This document shows, in pieces, positions 41,346 through 55,989 of a stretch of 64,000 nucleotides of DNA (position 1 is the stretch's first letter; each line of letters starts with the position of its first letter). The translations under genes and the position numbers were made by a program. Source of the stretch: Syncephalis fuscata S228 (lineage: Eukaryota; Fungi; Zoopagomycota); contig JAHLTZ010000066.1 of assembly GCA_025786725.1 (NCBI GenBank), positions 1,379-65,378 of the forward strand. Direction: 5' to 3'. The notes below the pieces were generated by a model. The model did no database searches and was not told where the DNA came from. It worked only from the letters and a program-made list of their open reading frames with translations.

Positions 41346-43887
41346 TTTATATAGCACACTGTAACTGTTTGCTTGTGAAGCCATACAATATGCAACTGCT
41401 CGGCTTTTATTAGATAAGCTAAAAATGACTGGAACGGCAGTACAGTTGGTTTGAATGTGACCGACGCTCATATTATTTTGGGGATTTAATTAAAGCTGTA
41501 GACCATTCTGTTTGTTGTATGGTGGTGTTTATCTATATACGCTTGGGTGAGCGGTATAATAAGCACCATTCCTTGCTTGTGGGCAATATTAAGTACCATC
41601 ATGGCAGCATCATTGTTTTAACAGTTAAAGTGCTATGATGGCACAACATCGATTTATAGTGCTATATTAATGTAGCTTCGATGCTGTTATCTTTAGTTGT
41701 CTATGAATGATGATGTAGTTGTGTTGGCTACCTAATGTCGTGACAGTGTGTTATTATACCATCATTGTTGCATTTGGATTATCTACTTGTATGTGGATGG
41801 CCTAGACGGGGTATGGGATCAGTGCTATTGGCCGTTCATTCCAGCTATCTAGTCAATGCATGTCGCCTGGCTGAATAGCTTTTCTGATATTGCTTAAAGC
41901 ATAAGCAATGGTAAAACAGCAACCACGACACATCATGATTACGATAGCTGGAGACTGTATAGGCCGGCACTGATGGGTGGGAGTTTAGGCCATCAACATA
42001 CACCAGATAGTTTATATTTAGCATTATATTTGGACTATTCGATGATATTAAATGGCCATCTAGATTTACGAATAATACAACATAATGGCAACTATAAAAG
42101 GTAAATATAGTATATTGTGTTGATTAGTTACTAATACTGAATAACATACATATATTGATTTTATATTAAATTTAATGATTTTTATTGCGTTTTTGTTTTT
42201 ATTTACTTTCTAACTAACTACTAGGCATATTCTATAGCTCTATACTTTTTATACTGTAATTTGAAGCACCTTTAAATATTTATATAGCACACTGTAACTG
42301 CTTGCTTGTGAAGCTATACAATATGCAACTGCTCGGCTTTATTAGATAAACTAAAAATGAATGGAACGGCGGTACAGTTGGATTGAATGTGATCGACGCT
42401 CATATTATTTTGGGGATTTAATTAAAGCTGTAGACCATTCTGTTTGTTGTATGGTGGTGTTTATCTATATACGCTTGGGTGAGCGGTATAATAAGCACCA
42501 TTCCTTGCCTGTGGGCAATATTAAGTACCATCATGGCAGCATCATTGTTTTAACAGTTAAAGTGCTATGATGGCACAACATCGATTTATAGTGCTATATT
42601 AATGTAGCTTCGATGCTGTTATCTTTAGTTGTCTATGAATGATGATGTAGTTGTGTTGGCTACCTAATGTCGTGACAGTGTGCTATTGTACCATTATTGT
42701 TGCATTTGAGTTATCTACTCGTATGTTGGTGGCCTAGACGGGGTATGGGATCAGTGCTATTGGCTGTTCGTTCCAGCTATCTAGTCAATGTATGTCGCCT
42801 GGCTGAATAGCTTTTCTGATATTGCTTGAAGCATAAGCAATGGTAAAACAGCAACCACGGCACATCATGATTACGATAGCTGGAACTGTATAGGCCGGCA
42901 CTGATGGGTGGGAGTTTAGGCCATCACATACACCAGATAGTTATATTTAGCATTATATTTGGACTATTCGATGATATTAAATGGCCATCTAGATTTACGA
43001 ATAATACAACATAATGGCAACTATAAAAGGTAAATATAGTATATTGTGTTGATTAGTTACTAATACTGAATAACATACATATATTGATTTTATATTAAAT
43101 TTAATGATTTTATTGCGTTTTTGTTTTTATTTACTTTCTAACTAACTACTAGGCATATTCTATAGCTCTATACTTTTTATACTGTAATTTGAAGCACTTT
43201 AAATATTTATATAGCACACTGTAACTGCTTGCTTGTGAAGCTATACAATATGCAACTGCTCGGCTTTATTAGATAACTAAAAATGACTTCGACGTGATAG
43301 TATAATTGAAGAATCAGCGCATATTATTTTGGGATTTAATTAAAGCTGTAGACCATTCTGTTTGTTGTATGGTGTGTTTATCTATATACGCTTGGGTGAG
43401 CGGTATAATAAGCACCATTCCTTGCTTGTGGGCAATATTAAGTACCATCATGGCAGCATCATTGTTTTAACAGTTAAAGTGCTATGATGCACAACATCGA
43501 TTTATAGTGCTATATTAATGTAGCTTCGATGCTGTTATCTTTAGTTGTCTATAATGATGATGTAGTTGTGTTGGCTACCTAATGTCGTGACAGTGTGTTA
43601 TTGTACCATCATTGTTGCATTTGGATTATCTACTTGTATGTGGATGCCTAGACGGGGTATGGGATCAGCTATTGGCGTTCGTTCCAGCTATCTAGTCAAT
43701 GCATGTCGCCTGGCTGAATGGCTTTTCTGATATTGCTTAAAGCATAAGCAATGGTAAAACAGCAACCACGGCACATCATGATTACGATAGCTGGAGACTG
43801 TATAGGCCAGCACTGATGGGTGGGAGTTTAGACCATCAGCATATACCAGATTGCTTATATTTAGCATTATATTTGGACTATTTGATG
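41346..43887. repeat. Tandem repeat, ~930-bp unit x ~2.7
   Basis: Unit start tttatatagcacactgtaactg at 41346, 42279 and 43206. Copies are near-identical with scattered substitutions and indels. Confidence 0.95.
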
Positions 43888-45357
43888 TTTTGATTTTGTA
43901 CAAATCGGCACACAATTACACGATCACTTGCTATGCTTCAGCTATCATTTATGTTATGGTTACATATGCCAATCACTTATACAATCGTAATTACCAAGTC
44001 TAACATGAAAGCACATGTCATATACGTTCATCAACATTATACATATTTATGACATCAATAGCATTGTACAACAATCAATTGCAACTATTGAGCACTTACT
44101 ACACCAACTACATATGCACCTTCCATTTATTTACTACTATAAATACTATACACATTAAACACAACATTTTCTTTATCTTATATCTACTACCTTCATTGTC
44201 TCATTCATATTGATTTATAGCAGCTATATTTTAGCAATATTTATTTGTATTCATTAACGATATATCACAACTAACATTATAATATAAATAGTACTGCAGT
44301 ATATTAAATGTTTGCTGCAATGAATAGTATATATTAACAAACATCTATTGATACTATGATTATACATATTAATAGTTTAGAAATTAGCAATGCATCTTGT
44401 TACTTGTAATACTAGTCATTATGTGTATGTCATTGTACAAATATTGTCCAGAATGAAATAGCACTAATTTCACTGTTTGACAGTATTAATAATTAATTTT
44501 GACTAAATATATTTGCTTTGTTACTTATAAAAACAAGTGTTTAATGATTGTTATTATTGGTTTATCACCGTAGACTTTTGCCACTTTGCATTAAATAGAG
44601 AATGGTGCTATTTGTTATACATTACATCTGAGTTACCATCTTATTATAAATTATGTACAACATTATTGATCAAATAATAAGCATTTTAGTATAAAACTAA
44701 CACGTATTGATTACAAAAACAGTGATTAACAGTATGTTAGATACATAATATAAATGAGTGCATAGAAATGGCTTGCTTTAAAGCTTTACTAGTAACCATC
44801 TATTTTATTGTAAAGATACACGTATTTATCAGCGTGAATTGCAAATGTTTATTATAATTAACTATTTAATTGCAGCATTATCGGTGCTATTTGCATGTTT
44901 AATATATCTAATTTGATAACATGGTATTTTTTATTATTTCCATCATTATATTACTGCTATAGCTTTATTGTCCAGCATGATTATAATAAATACTAGACTA
45001 AGCCAGGTCTATAACAATGTGGTATTCTTATTATGGCTATTACCTAGTTGTGCAATCGTTATAGCCATATTACATTAATCTTTAAACATGGTTAAATAAT
45101 ACACATGCTAAATATTGAGATAAACTCTTCAATCTAAATGTATAAAATTATAACTATATTAAAATGCATATCATCGCTTATAAAGAATCAAAGAAAGTTT
45201 TATTATTGTGTTAGCACAATTAGCGTGCTGCCTATTTACTAGTTGCGAGCAAAAACGTTTAACAAATCAAATTAAATGTAGTTATCCAGTAGATATTGGG
45301 GCGATAATCGCATCTATATCTAATAGAAATAGATATATTTGCGACAAATTGCCGCAA

Positions 45358-47760
45358 TTACATACTAACAATCTTATCACTAAATAGATCATTAATGAAT
45401 CAATGAACGGTTATTAATTGGCTCAGCACACGTGGTTGTAACAACTTACCGATACTCCGTGATGTTATCCATAGTAAGCACAACTAGATCTCGCTTTGAT
45501 AGTGGCTGTTTTGTAATAGGACAGGTATTGCGAGGTTCAGAACGAGTTAGACAGCGTACCCAGTTATCGTAGCTTTACGTGTCCATAACCGTATAGTTGG
45601 CAAATAGTAAGCAATAATTTTAATAGTATTAGTAATGATAGTACTTACCCCATAACATGGCCGTGTGGAGAAATGGCCGGTTTAACAACTTCTTCTAGGG
45701 TAATTGGATCGATATAGCCAGGTAGTGGATTAATAGCACAATTGGCTACACGGCCACCACCGCCACCACTGATCATGGCCTCGGAATAGACGGATATATC
45801 GTCCAAAGGTGTTGATGCTTCACTGGCTATTTCCGTCGAATGGCCTGTTGCATGCGACGCTGTATTTACCTCGGTAGACTGGGCGGCCATGGTTACTGCG
45901 GCACTACCCGCTGCACGTCGACTAGCCATGGCACGGGCTCGTTTCGTAGTGCCATAGCTTGACGATGAAAAGCTGCGATAATCACCGGAAAAGTCATCAT
46001 CGCGTTCACGACCATAAGCCCAATCGCTGTCTGAGTTATCGGTTGAACCGTAGCCATCGTCCGAGTCCCGTTTAGTAACCTGTCGGCGTCGAGGCCGTTT
46101 AGTGGGTGCAGCAGCCGTAGATGCAGCTTTAACTGGCACTTGCGGCACTGCTGTTTCTGTCGATTTCTCCGGCATAAACTCACGGTTCTCTTCGTCCGAG
46201 TCGTCTTGATTTGCCGACCGACGAGCACGTGGTTTGCGCTCCACATAGCCTGAACCATCTCGTCGATGTTTGCAATGGGTACGGAATGTTTTACGACCAT
46301 CCTTTGTACTAAACAAATAGTGTGCCTTGCCCTTGTCATCCAGTACATAGTTAGGATCTTGAATCTTGTTGGTTTCCACTAATTGACGATAATAGTTGGA
46401 ACACTATACACAGTACACATGATTAGTCGATAGTAAATAGCGAACAACGTGTACCTACTTGATAGCCAACACGGCCTGGTATAGCGATGGAAAACACGCC
46501 CCATTGACCATTAGCGCCCATTTCCTTAAGACGCTGATGAAATAGTTTTTGCTCGTACTATAGCCTACAATTTAGACTATAACCTTCCATCGTCCTCACT
46601 CCTCCTACCTGTGTCCATGGGCCTGTTCTCTGTGGCTCATTGGGAGCATTAAATCGATAATAGTATGAATTGGGATTTTTATCAATCGCCTTCCAAGCCT
46701 TTTTACGCGCCTCAGACCATCCTTCCATTGCAGCATCTGGATTCTCGCGCATCTGTTTAAGCGCATCTTCTAGTCGAAGCCGGCCTACTTTTTGATATTT
46801 CCTATTATTAACGATTAGCCATACAATGTCATACAATAGTATGCCCTCATTACCGGCGTGTCTCATCTGTTACATTCTTCTTCATAGTTGTTGTACGTTT
46901 ACGCAACAACTGCTCATACTTTTGACGTTCCTCGCTTGTCATATCATCTTCTGATTCTGTTATTATTTTAGTATTAATATCCATTACTAAATAAATAAAT
47001 AAATACGCCGTCTACTTACTAATCTGGTCAATCTTGGGATATTTTTCAGCCAATTCTTTACGTATCATAATCAAATACATAGGCTGTGACAGATTAAGAA
47101 TAAGCTCGTCCTATTATCAATGTCACCTACATTAGCTTAATTTTACTTATTAATGACTAGCATATAACTTGCCTCATCGTTATCCAACTGCTTTAGTGCA
47201 CAGGCCACTTCTTCATTGGTAATATAATCGAATGTTTGTCGTACTTTATCTACTTTGCGACGCAATTCACGACGTTCAAACTCGGCAAACTAATAGCAAT
47301 TATAGTGTTAATGTGTGTACCTTCATCGTTTACGACTTACTTGTTTCTGTTGCAGTGCCACTCGTTGTTGAATAATATCGATTTCATTTTCGGTCATTTC
47401 CTCTGCAAACATATTACTTTTACGTACAATGCCAATACGTTCACTGTATGTACATTAACTAGTTAACACAATGTATATTTTTCCATTCTAAGCGCTTTAT
47501 GTACCTAGCCTCCATCATTTCACGTACACGCTGTGCACTCTCATCCTCAGGTCCTTTGCCATTGCTAGATTCCTCTTCAATTTGCAGTACACCAGACGCT
47601 GCTATTTGGTCATTACAGTTCAATTCTGCTTTACGGCTGTCTCGTCGCTGACGTAATAGTTGCTATAACAACAAAGTTAACATTATAAACAAATGATCTG
47701 TTTTGCGTAATCAACACTTACAAGAATGTTTATAGTTGCTGTCTCCGACATGGCTGCCAT
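45358..47760 (-). CDS. CUE/UBA-like + Myb/SANT + U-box/RING-like protein
   Basis: Spliced: FDYITNEEVACALKQLDNDEDELILNL; NPNSYYYRFNAPNEPQRTGPWTQYEQKLF...WGVFSIAIPGRVGYQCSNYYRQL (Myb repeat); YIDPITLEEVVKPAISPHGHVMGYDNWVRCL...TCPITKQPL (U-box-like). Confidence 0.85.
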
Positions 47761-47858
47761 ACTTGTTTCCGTTATAATAGTGTAGATACACAGTAATAGT
47801 CAGTAGTGTTTGTTAAATAAATAATGCCAACAAAGAAAATTAAAAGAGAAAAAAGGCA

Positions 47859-47875
47859 ACGCGTACACGTCGCGT
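47859..47875. promoter_or_regulatory. Paired MCB-like (ACGCGT / ACGCGA) sites upstream of the Myb-U-box gene
   Basis: acgcgtacacgtcgcgt lies ~100 bp upstream of the ATG in otherwise AT-rich DNA. Confidence 0.35.
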
Positions 47876-49613
47876 TTTAAACAAACAAACAAACAATTAC
47901 CACCATTAGGATTAGGATTAGTATAATTAGGATCAGTGTATTATTATTTGTTTATTAATGATGTTTATCAGTTTATTTAAAACTATCAAAATTGATTATT
48001 AATAGTCCAAGTATTACCCATTTACCCACTTTTATTAATATTTTACTAAAATGATCTCAATATTTGTACACTTTCATAATTACTGTTACCATTACTATTA
48101 CTGTAAGTGTATACTACTAGATCTGCATTTGTGGGTAAGTGTACATTTATTATTAACTTTAATGGACTGTTGTTATTGTTGTTATTGTTACTGTTGTTGT
48201 TGTTGTTATCAATATGCACATCTGTTCTATGTACACACGTTCAATTGAAGATCCTTACATTTAATTAAAACGCCGCTTCAATTATTACTCCTTTCTCTCT
48301 CTCTATGGTTATATCAATCTATACTGACTCCGCCTCGGACATCTGGCTGTTCCCCGTTGATCAATTGGCAATTTTACAGGCATTTGCATATCTATTTTAA
48401 TTTAGTCATTTGTTGTTACCACCTGTTACTAAATAAATACATCCTTGAATTAACAATATTGCGGTATGACTTTCTGCCTTGTCACTGCCACACGCTTCTT
48501 TTCGGATCAACCTTTAACAGTAAACCCAGTACAACGTTTTACTACCTTGGCATACTGTCCCTGAACTCAATTATCCACTATCGCCTTTAGTATTGCCACT
48601 GCATGGTTCTCTAACAGCAACACCTTTCTATCTCTTTATTCGATTATTGATTTCCTTTTCCTTGAACGCTTAGAGTTTCTTCTTTCTAAACTTTTTGCGG
48701 CAATTCACTGCACACCTATATACACACACGCACCAACTACACTCGTTTTCCATTACGACGGTTATTCGTGCTTTTAAGTGTAGATTCACAGTCTTTACTG
48801 CGAATCCATTTGTGTTTGCACATTCATTTACAAGTCGATATTGGGGCCCGTTATCGTCTATCTTTCTATCTCCTCTACTAACTCTCTTTCTCAATTTGTG
48901 TGTGTGTGTGTGTATAAGTGTGTGAATGTATGCTTAAAACCACACTCACCACCACCATCGATCTATTTCTCCCTTTCTCCTCTTTCTGACTATTCCCTTC
49001 TCACTCTTGCTCACTTTATTAACAATTTTACCACTGTGCTACTATCACCACTGCATAATTTCCTTTCTTTTCTGTAGTTGTCTCTGAGTGTTTCAACAAG
49101 TAATAGCAATTCTGCAAGCTAATAACTACAACACACCTCATCACTAGCAATAGTAGCAGTAGCAGTAGCTGCAGCAACGACGACGACAATACCAGTAATA
49201 ACCAGCAGTAGCGTGGCGCTTGTGTAAGCACGTGTATCGTTCTATGCGGCATACATCATACTGGTCATTCACTACTTACTTGCATCTTCTTTGTCAATTA
49301 CTTGCCAAGTAAACGCGCCAACTTTTCGGTAATAAGTGTAAGTTTTTAATATAAAAACAAACAATAACCACATCTTGTACTTACATTAGCTATTAGGCTG
49401 GCTTTTTATTTTCAGCACTGCCACGAGTTCTACTGTGCTGTATTAGTCTGAACGTGCTCATCATTCTTGGCAGAACGGTGTTAGAGATTCTGCTATACAG
49501 TAATCTTGTAATTTCAAACGACGGGCCTTGTCGATTAGTGTGCTAGATTGTATTGCTTGCTATTTACCATCATTTTATGCTACAGCCTATCTACATAGCT
49601 GCAAGTATATTCC

Positions 49614-52600
49614 ATGTCACAATCGCGACCAGCCTTGACAGCTGGCACCAACAATACCAGCAATGTAATTGATAGTCAGTCTGTTATTTCATCACAACCC
49701 AGTGTATCGTCAATGCCTGCATCTGTAATGCAACAGGTAATAGCAGAACGCGATGCTTTACGCGAACAAAATGACCAGCTATGGAAGATTATTGAAAAAC
49801 AGCGTAGTATTATTCAACAATTACAGCTGCGTAATGGCGAGCTTCAAGAGGCGTTAAATAGTTTACAATTGACTGAAGGACAGCAAATTGATATAATTGG
49901 CAATGATAGTGCTGTTAATACAAGTGTAGCAAGTAAACAGAACTTAGTACGACGGCGTTCAGGCTCACTTGACACTGTAAGTGCTATCAGTCGTGGCATG
50001 GCTGTTCTATCAAGAGATGGCACCATACACGAGATGGACGATTCTGAACTGCGCCGGCCGCGGTCGCATCACCCTCTCCACTTATGCTAAACTCGGTCCC
50101 TGTCACCACACCACCACATCCGACTGTTACGCCAGCTACTCCGCGTACATCAAAGGATATTGATAGTGTGCGTAAACAAGCACTGCGTGTTGCAGTACCG
50201 ACACAAGCAACAACACAAGGGGATGTGCCATCGTCGCCTTTTAAAGCTTCACCTGATCCGCACGATAGGACTATTTTATCTCGAGCATCTGGTAATACAC
50301 GTAGTCCTATTTCACCTTCTGCACGATCATCACCACGTGCATTGGATAGTATGGCTACTCAGGGCGTAGATAGAATTTTGCGCCACCATGGATCGTTGGA
50401 AACGGTTCGTTCACAAGGCCGACCTGCCCAGTCAATACCTTCACCTCGCGGTCAGTCACCACGTCTTCAACAGCAGCATTTTTCAAGTAATAGTCCTATA
50501 TCACCATCCGCTGTACGCCAACGTTCACTTGAACAATTGCCACGTAGCCGTGGTACTTCTCCCCACACAAGTGGCCATTCCACGCCACAAAGACAGGCAT
50601 CATTTGAACGAAACGGCTCGTTAAATCGTGCTAACGGCCCTGTATCGAGTATGTCATCAGAAGGAGCATTTAATCAGCCACGGTCAACGCCATATTCACC
50701 AACTATAGGTACGCCAACACTAGCGGGAATACAGCAACGCACACAATGGCATCAGCTACAATGCATGGCCAGTCTACAATATCCACGACAGTAATGCATT
50801 TACAGAATGAAGTAGAATACATGTCATTTAGTCCAACAAAAGAGACACCGCCACCACCAGCAAATGAACAACAACAGCCATGGGATCAACATGGCCGTTT
50901 AGCAATAATGAAAGTAAAGAAAAAGAGCCATTGAATTCACTTAATCAAGAAAGTGAAATTAATCGTATGAGTGTTATGGTGCAACCACCGTCAAGTCCAC
51001 ATTCTTTAAGCCTGAAAATCAACCTCGTGTTCCATTACCGCCACCAGGTGTATTGTCATCAATCGGTAATCCAATGATAAAGAATGATTTAACGGCACCT
51101 ATATCATCTACATCGGCATTTATCACAGAATCAACATCGTCTACGTTAGTTAATACAGTAACAACTACGGATAATAACGATAATGGTGAACATGGCAAAC
51201 ATGAAAACGAAGAAGAATACAATAATAATAATAATACTGGCCATTATGAAGATGAGAATCGATCAATAACTGATACACAGCATGTAGACTCGGTTGCAGC
51301 ACGTAGAATGCGAAATGTTGGTAGTTTCCGCCTTAGTCGAGCCGATATGCCACCGGCATCCTTCACCAAATTGATAGTATAACCGAACAGCTACAAGAAA
51401 GTGTTCAAAAACATCGTGATCAAAATGGCAGAAGTGGCAGCATTGATACAGCAGCATTGGAGTCGATGCATCGTCTATTCATTCATGGCACGATGACATT
51501 GATTACCAGTCCCTATTAGTCTAGCTGGTCAAGGATCGGAGGAGCGTGACTCGTATTTACTACAAGTCATACTATTGATAGTTTAGATGTTGAAGACGGT
51601 GATGGTGATGAAGGCTTTGATAGCGATGGATTTGAGCCACATGATGGTGAACACAACGTGGAAAATACCCGTTCCGAAAGCGTATCCAGTCTACCATTAA
51701 ATGAGTCACCTGGTCGATCAGCTGTATTGTCCACAATAGCGCGTGAACCATTAAGTCCTGGCCTAGCAAAAGCATCTCATTCTCAGGCACAAGTAACACT
51801 GCAACAAATACGGGCAATATGACACCGCGTGGACCAGTATTACATCAACCAATTGAGCCACTTGCGGATATTAAAGGCATTGGTGCATTTGTTGTGGCCT
51901 CTGGATTTTCACTTAATGATAAAGGCCGTGAAGTATCAACATTTGTACTTGCTGTTGTACGTATGGATGCAAGCAATACCAATGAAGCCATGAACTATGG
52001 CGAGTAGAAAAGGAATATGTTCATTTTGTTAAATTAGATGCTTCAGTAAGTTACTATTATATTATATTATATTATATTATATTAATATTTGTGTATTAGT
52101 TGAAACATAAACAACCACGTAAAATACTTAATGCTATTGGTAAATTACCTGAAAAAAGTTTATTTACTGGACATGCACCACAGAAGGTTGATCAACGCAA
52201 GGTAATTTAATATTATAACAATATAATATTTATTTATCAATTAATGGATTTATTTAAATTAGGCGGCACTTGAAATATATTTACAAGCTGCTATTGCTAC
52301 TAATCCACCAACTGTAGATGCATTATGCTCCTTCTTATCAACAAATGTTAAATATCCAGACAAAGGAATTACTGTAAGTATAAATGTTGCTTATTAATAG
52401 TAATATATATAATTAACTGTTATTTATTAGCCGGAAGGGTATAAAGAAGGATATTTGACCAAAAGAGGCAAAAACTTTGGTGGGTGGAAGAAGCGATACT
52501 TTATGCTACGCAGTCCAGTTCTTGAATATTATGAAAGTGTAAGTTATTTAAATAGACAAGTTGTTAGCATTATCTAATAGCACAATATATATACACACAT

Positions 52601-55113
52601 ATATACATATTATAGCGCGAAGGTCAACGACTTGGTACCATTCCATTACGTCACTGTCAAGTAATGCGTCAACAGCCACGTCAACGTGATCATGATGAAA
52701 AGGCTTACCGTCATGCATTTATGATTATTGAGGCAAGAAAGAATAGTAATGTAACACGACATGTATTCTGTGCAGAGAGTGACGAAGAACGTGATTCATG
52801 GGTCTACTGTCTATCACGTTATACTGGACAACAACAACAACCAATCACAGCATGCTCAGGCTGAATCGATTGACTCACTTGGTTCAGGTTCTACTGGTGC
52901 TGAAGATATACAAGTACCCACTAGTCGTGGTAAATTACGTAAAATGAGTAAATCAGACACTTCCAATTGCAGCAATCAACGTACAGGCAGTATATCCCAT
53001 AGTGCTCCTCTAGTATATCAGATACTGCAGCTTTTGCAGAATCAAAGTCATCTCATCAATTGCCGGTTGTTGAAGAGAAAGTTGAACGACGCAGTCCATT
53101 AAGCAATGTAGCAGCAAATGAAAATGATAACACTGATTTGTATAACAATCATTCAGTTGATCTTAATCATAAAAATGTAACATCAGCGCCCACACCAGTA
53201 CCTCATAGTGCAGTTGATACAGCCATGGCACATCAACCTAATATTGGTAGATCATCGCCTGTTCATCATAGCACAGTGGTACCTGATAGAGATATTCAGC
53301 AACATCATAGCAATGCACCTATTAGTCATAGATCTGCCATGTCTTTGGGAAGAGAAGCAGATCGTCGAGAATTGCCACCAGCAGCACACGATGCAGCTAA
53401 GCCAACAACAGCGCCACCACCACCACAAAATGAACGTTCTAACTTTTATTCTTCATCTTCTCAAGTATCGACATTACACAAAGCAGCAGTGGTAAAAAGG
53501 ATGCGGCACCTGTTTCACAACAGAAAAAGAAAGGCTTTTGGGGTCGTATGTTTACAGGTGGTGGTAAGTTGAACTAATAACTACACGTCTATTATTTAAT
53601 GACGCTCATCTTTATTATTGCTCTATACTAGAACCTGGACGACGTGTTACAAATCAGCCGGTATTTGGTGTGCCATTAGAACGGGCCATTGAAATATCAC
53701 GGGTCAAGGAAGGATTTGATGTCCAGCAGTTGTTTATCGTACCATTGAGTATCTTGAAGCAAAACAAGGTAAATATAAATGATAATATACATATGTTTTT
53801 ATATTTATTATGTTTTTATAGCGGAGCATGAAGAAGGTATTTATCGGTTATCAGGCAGTACGGCAGTAGTACGGCAGCTACGAGAGAAGTACGACACCTA
53901 TAATGATTATAATCTTGTGGCATCTGGTGAATATTACGATGTCCATGCCGTGGCCGGTGTACTTAAAATGTATCTACGAGAATTGCCCATCAATGTGCTT
54001 ACACGTGAACTTCATTCGCAATTCCTTAAAGTACTTGGTAAGTACGAATAGTTATATAACTGTTTAATAATTCATAATTACTAATTAATTAACGTAAAAT
54101 AACATTACAATACCATTAGATAACGATGATCGCCGTATTCGAGTCAATGAATTGGGTAAACTTGTATCACAGTTACCCGTGGCAAATTACACACTATTAC
54201 GTACATTAATTGCTCATTTAATACGAATTGTTCGTAAAAGCGATGTTAACAAAATGACTATCCGTAATGTTGGTATTGTGTTTTCACCTACACTTAATAT
54301 TCCTGCTGGTGTATTTGCACTATTTATGGCCCAGTTTGACTACATCTTCTTTATTGACACGGATGGTGTGGCCAAACCACGTATGGTGGCAGAGGGCGAG
54401 GAACTACTAGGTGAACGAGTTGAAGCAACTAAACACCGAGTAATACCGCCCAGTGTAAAAATCAATACTGAACGACAGAATCATATTGGCAATGCTGCGT
54501 CATCACCACGTACACCAACAACACCACGATCTATGGATATTCCAATGGAAATACCCGGATCGCATGGTGCAAGTACAAGTATAAGCAGTTCATTACCTGT
54601 CAATTCTGGTAATCATTTGGCTGTACTTGAGGAGCGATCTGCTTCAAATGGCCGGTCAAAGAGAAATAGTCTTATTTATCAGAGTGTAGCACCTGAGTTA
54701 GTTCAATTGGAACGACCATTAGATGGTAAGTAACTGAATATGTATACAGCTTGTTTACTAACATATATACATGTTGTTATATTAGATAATATTCACCCGG
54801 TTAATGAACCTACACACAACATTCAACAATTCAAGAAACAAATCATTATGTATCGCCATCAACCAGTACTGATAATGTTTATCATCCAACTATCCAAGTA
54901 AGCGGCTATGAAGCTGAAGGAAATGGTGAAGCCCAACAACACCATTATTATCAACAACAAGAACAGGCATCACTTCATCATGCCATGACGGGTGGTGGTG
55001 GTACATTTAGTGCACCAGCACACTTGCGTTCTTTACAAGAAAGGCCAGAAAGTCAATTTACTGACTTCAGTGATTATACTCAAGATAATGAACCAGTACC
55101 ACTTTCTCCCTAA
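49614..55113 (+). CDS. Rho GTPase-activating protein with PX, PH and RhoGAP domains (Bem3-like)
   Basis: N-terminal coiled coil ERDALREQNDQLWKIIEKQR; PX (KLPEKSLFTGHAPQKVDQRK); PH (KEGYLTKRGKNFGGWKKRYF, FCAESDEERDSWV); GAP (VFGVPLE, EEGIYRLSGS, LKMYLRELP, NKMTIRNVGIVFSPTL). Several 1-nt frameshifts. Confidence 0.92.
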
Positions 55114-55611
55114 GAATCTATAACTAATCAATTAATTAATTAGCTAGTAACCAATGATTACTGGTTATATTGGCTATACGTGTAATAACTGTCTTTGGCG
55201 CAATTGTATGCGCATGCTTACTCTCGCTTCCTTTGTGTACAAGGCATTCGCTTCACTTCTTCTTTTTTATTTCTAATTAAATAATATTTAATCTTCACAG
55301 TAATTGTAATTAGCTTAATATTTAAAAGCTTTTGTAATAAAAATGAATCCAGTATATTTGAAAGATCAGGTAATGTATTGACTAATTGTATCAGTAACTG
55401 TTATTTTAAACATCTTAATACAACTTACATTCTTTAGCAATAATAGCAATAATTATTTAATTAATTGTTCTATTTGATTGTACTAGTGTTGTTGCACTAA
55501 TATATACATGCTATATTCCATTTCATTTTTTATTTTGATACTTGTTAATTGAGTTAAATAAACTGCATTATTATACAATTTAATTTAATTTATTAGCCAT
55601 TTATTATAGTT

Positions 55612-55800
55612 TATGGTTAAAATGACTAGTATTTAATGACATCCAACTTATTGAACATGATGATGGGCGGTGAGTGACATCATCATCAAATACTCATCAT
55701 CATAGATTATTATCCAGTATGCATATATCCTCTATTTGTTTTTGTTATTATTATTGTATATTATTCTAATATATATCATTCTATAACATGCCAGACACGT
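55612..55800 (+). mobile_element. Solo arm of the inverted-end repeat family
   Basis: aaatgactagtatttaatgacatccaacttattgaacatgatgatgggcggtgagtgacatcatcatcaaatactcatcatcatagatt is near-identical to 61128-61225. Confidence 0.7.
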
Positions 55801-55989
55801 TTTATTGTTTATACGCGGCAATATAGTTTGTTCATTCCACTCATTACACTATGCGCACTATAACACAATTATCCATTTTATTCTCATGGTATTTCTATCA
55901 TAACTTAATCTATTTAAATGCACACCACTCGTAACATACAAAGCAATAAAGTAATTGCAGATATTAACATAGCAATATACCACTATCTG

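Noticed and set aside
47905-47932. ttaggattaggattag as an interstitial telomere repeat
   Set aside because: Fewer than three units and not TTAGGG; chance-level in AT-rich DNA.
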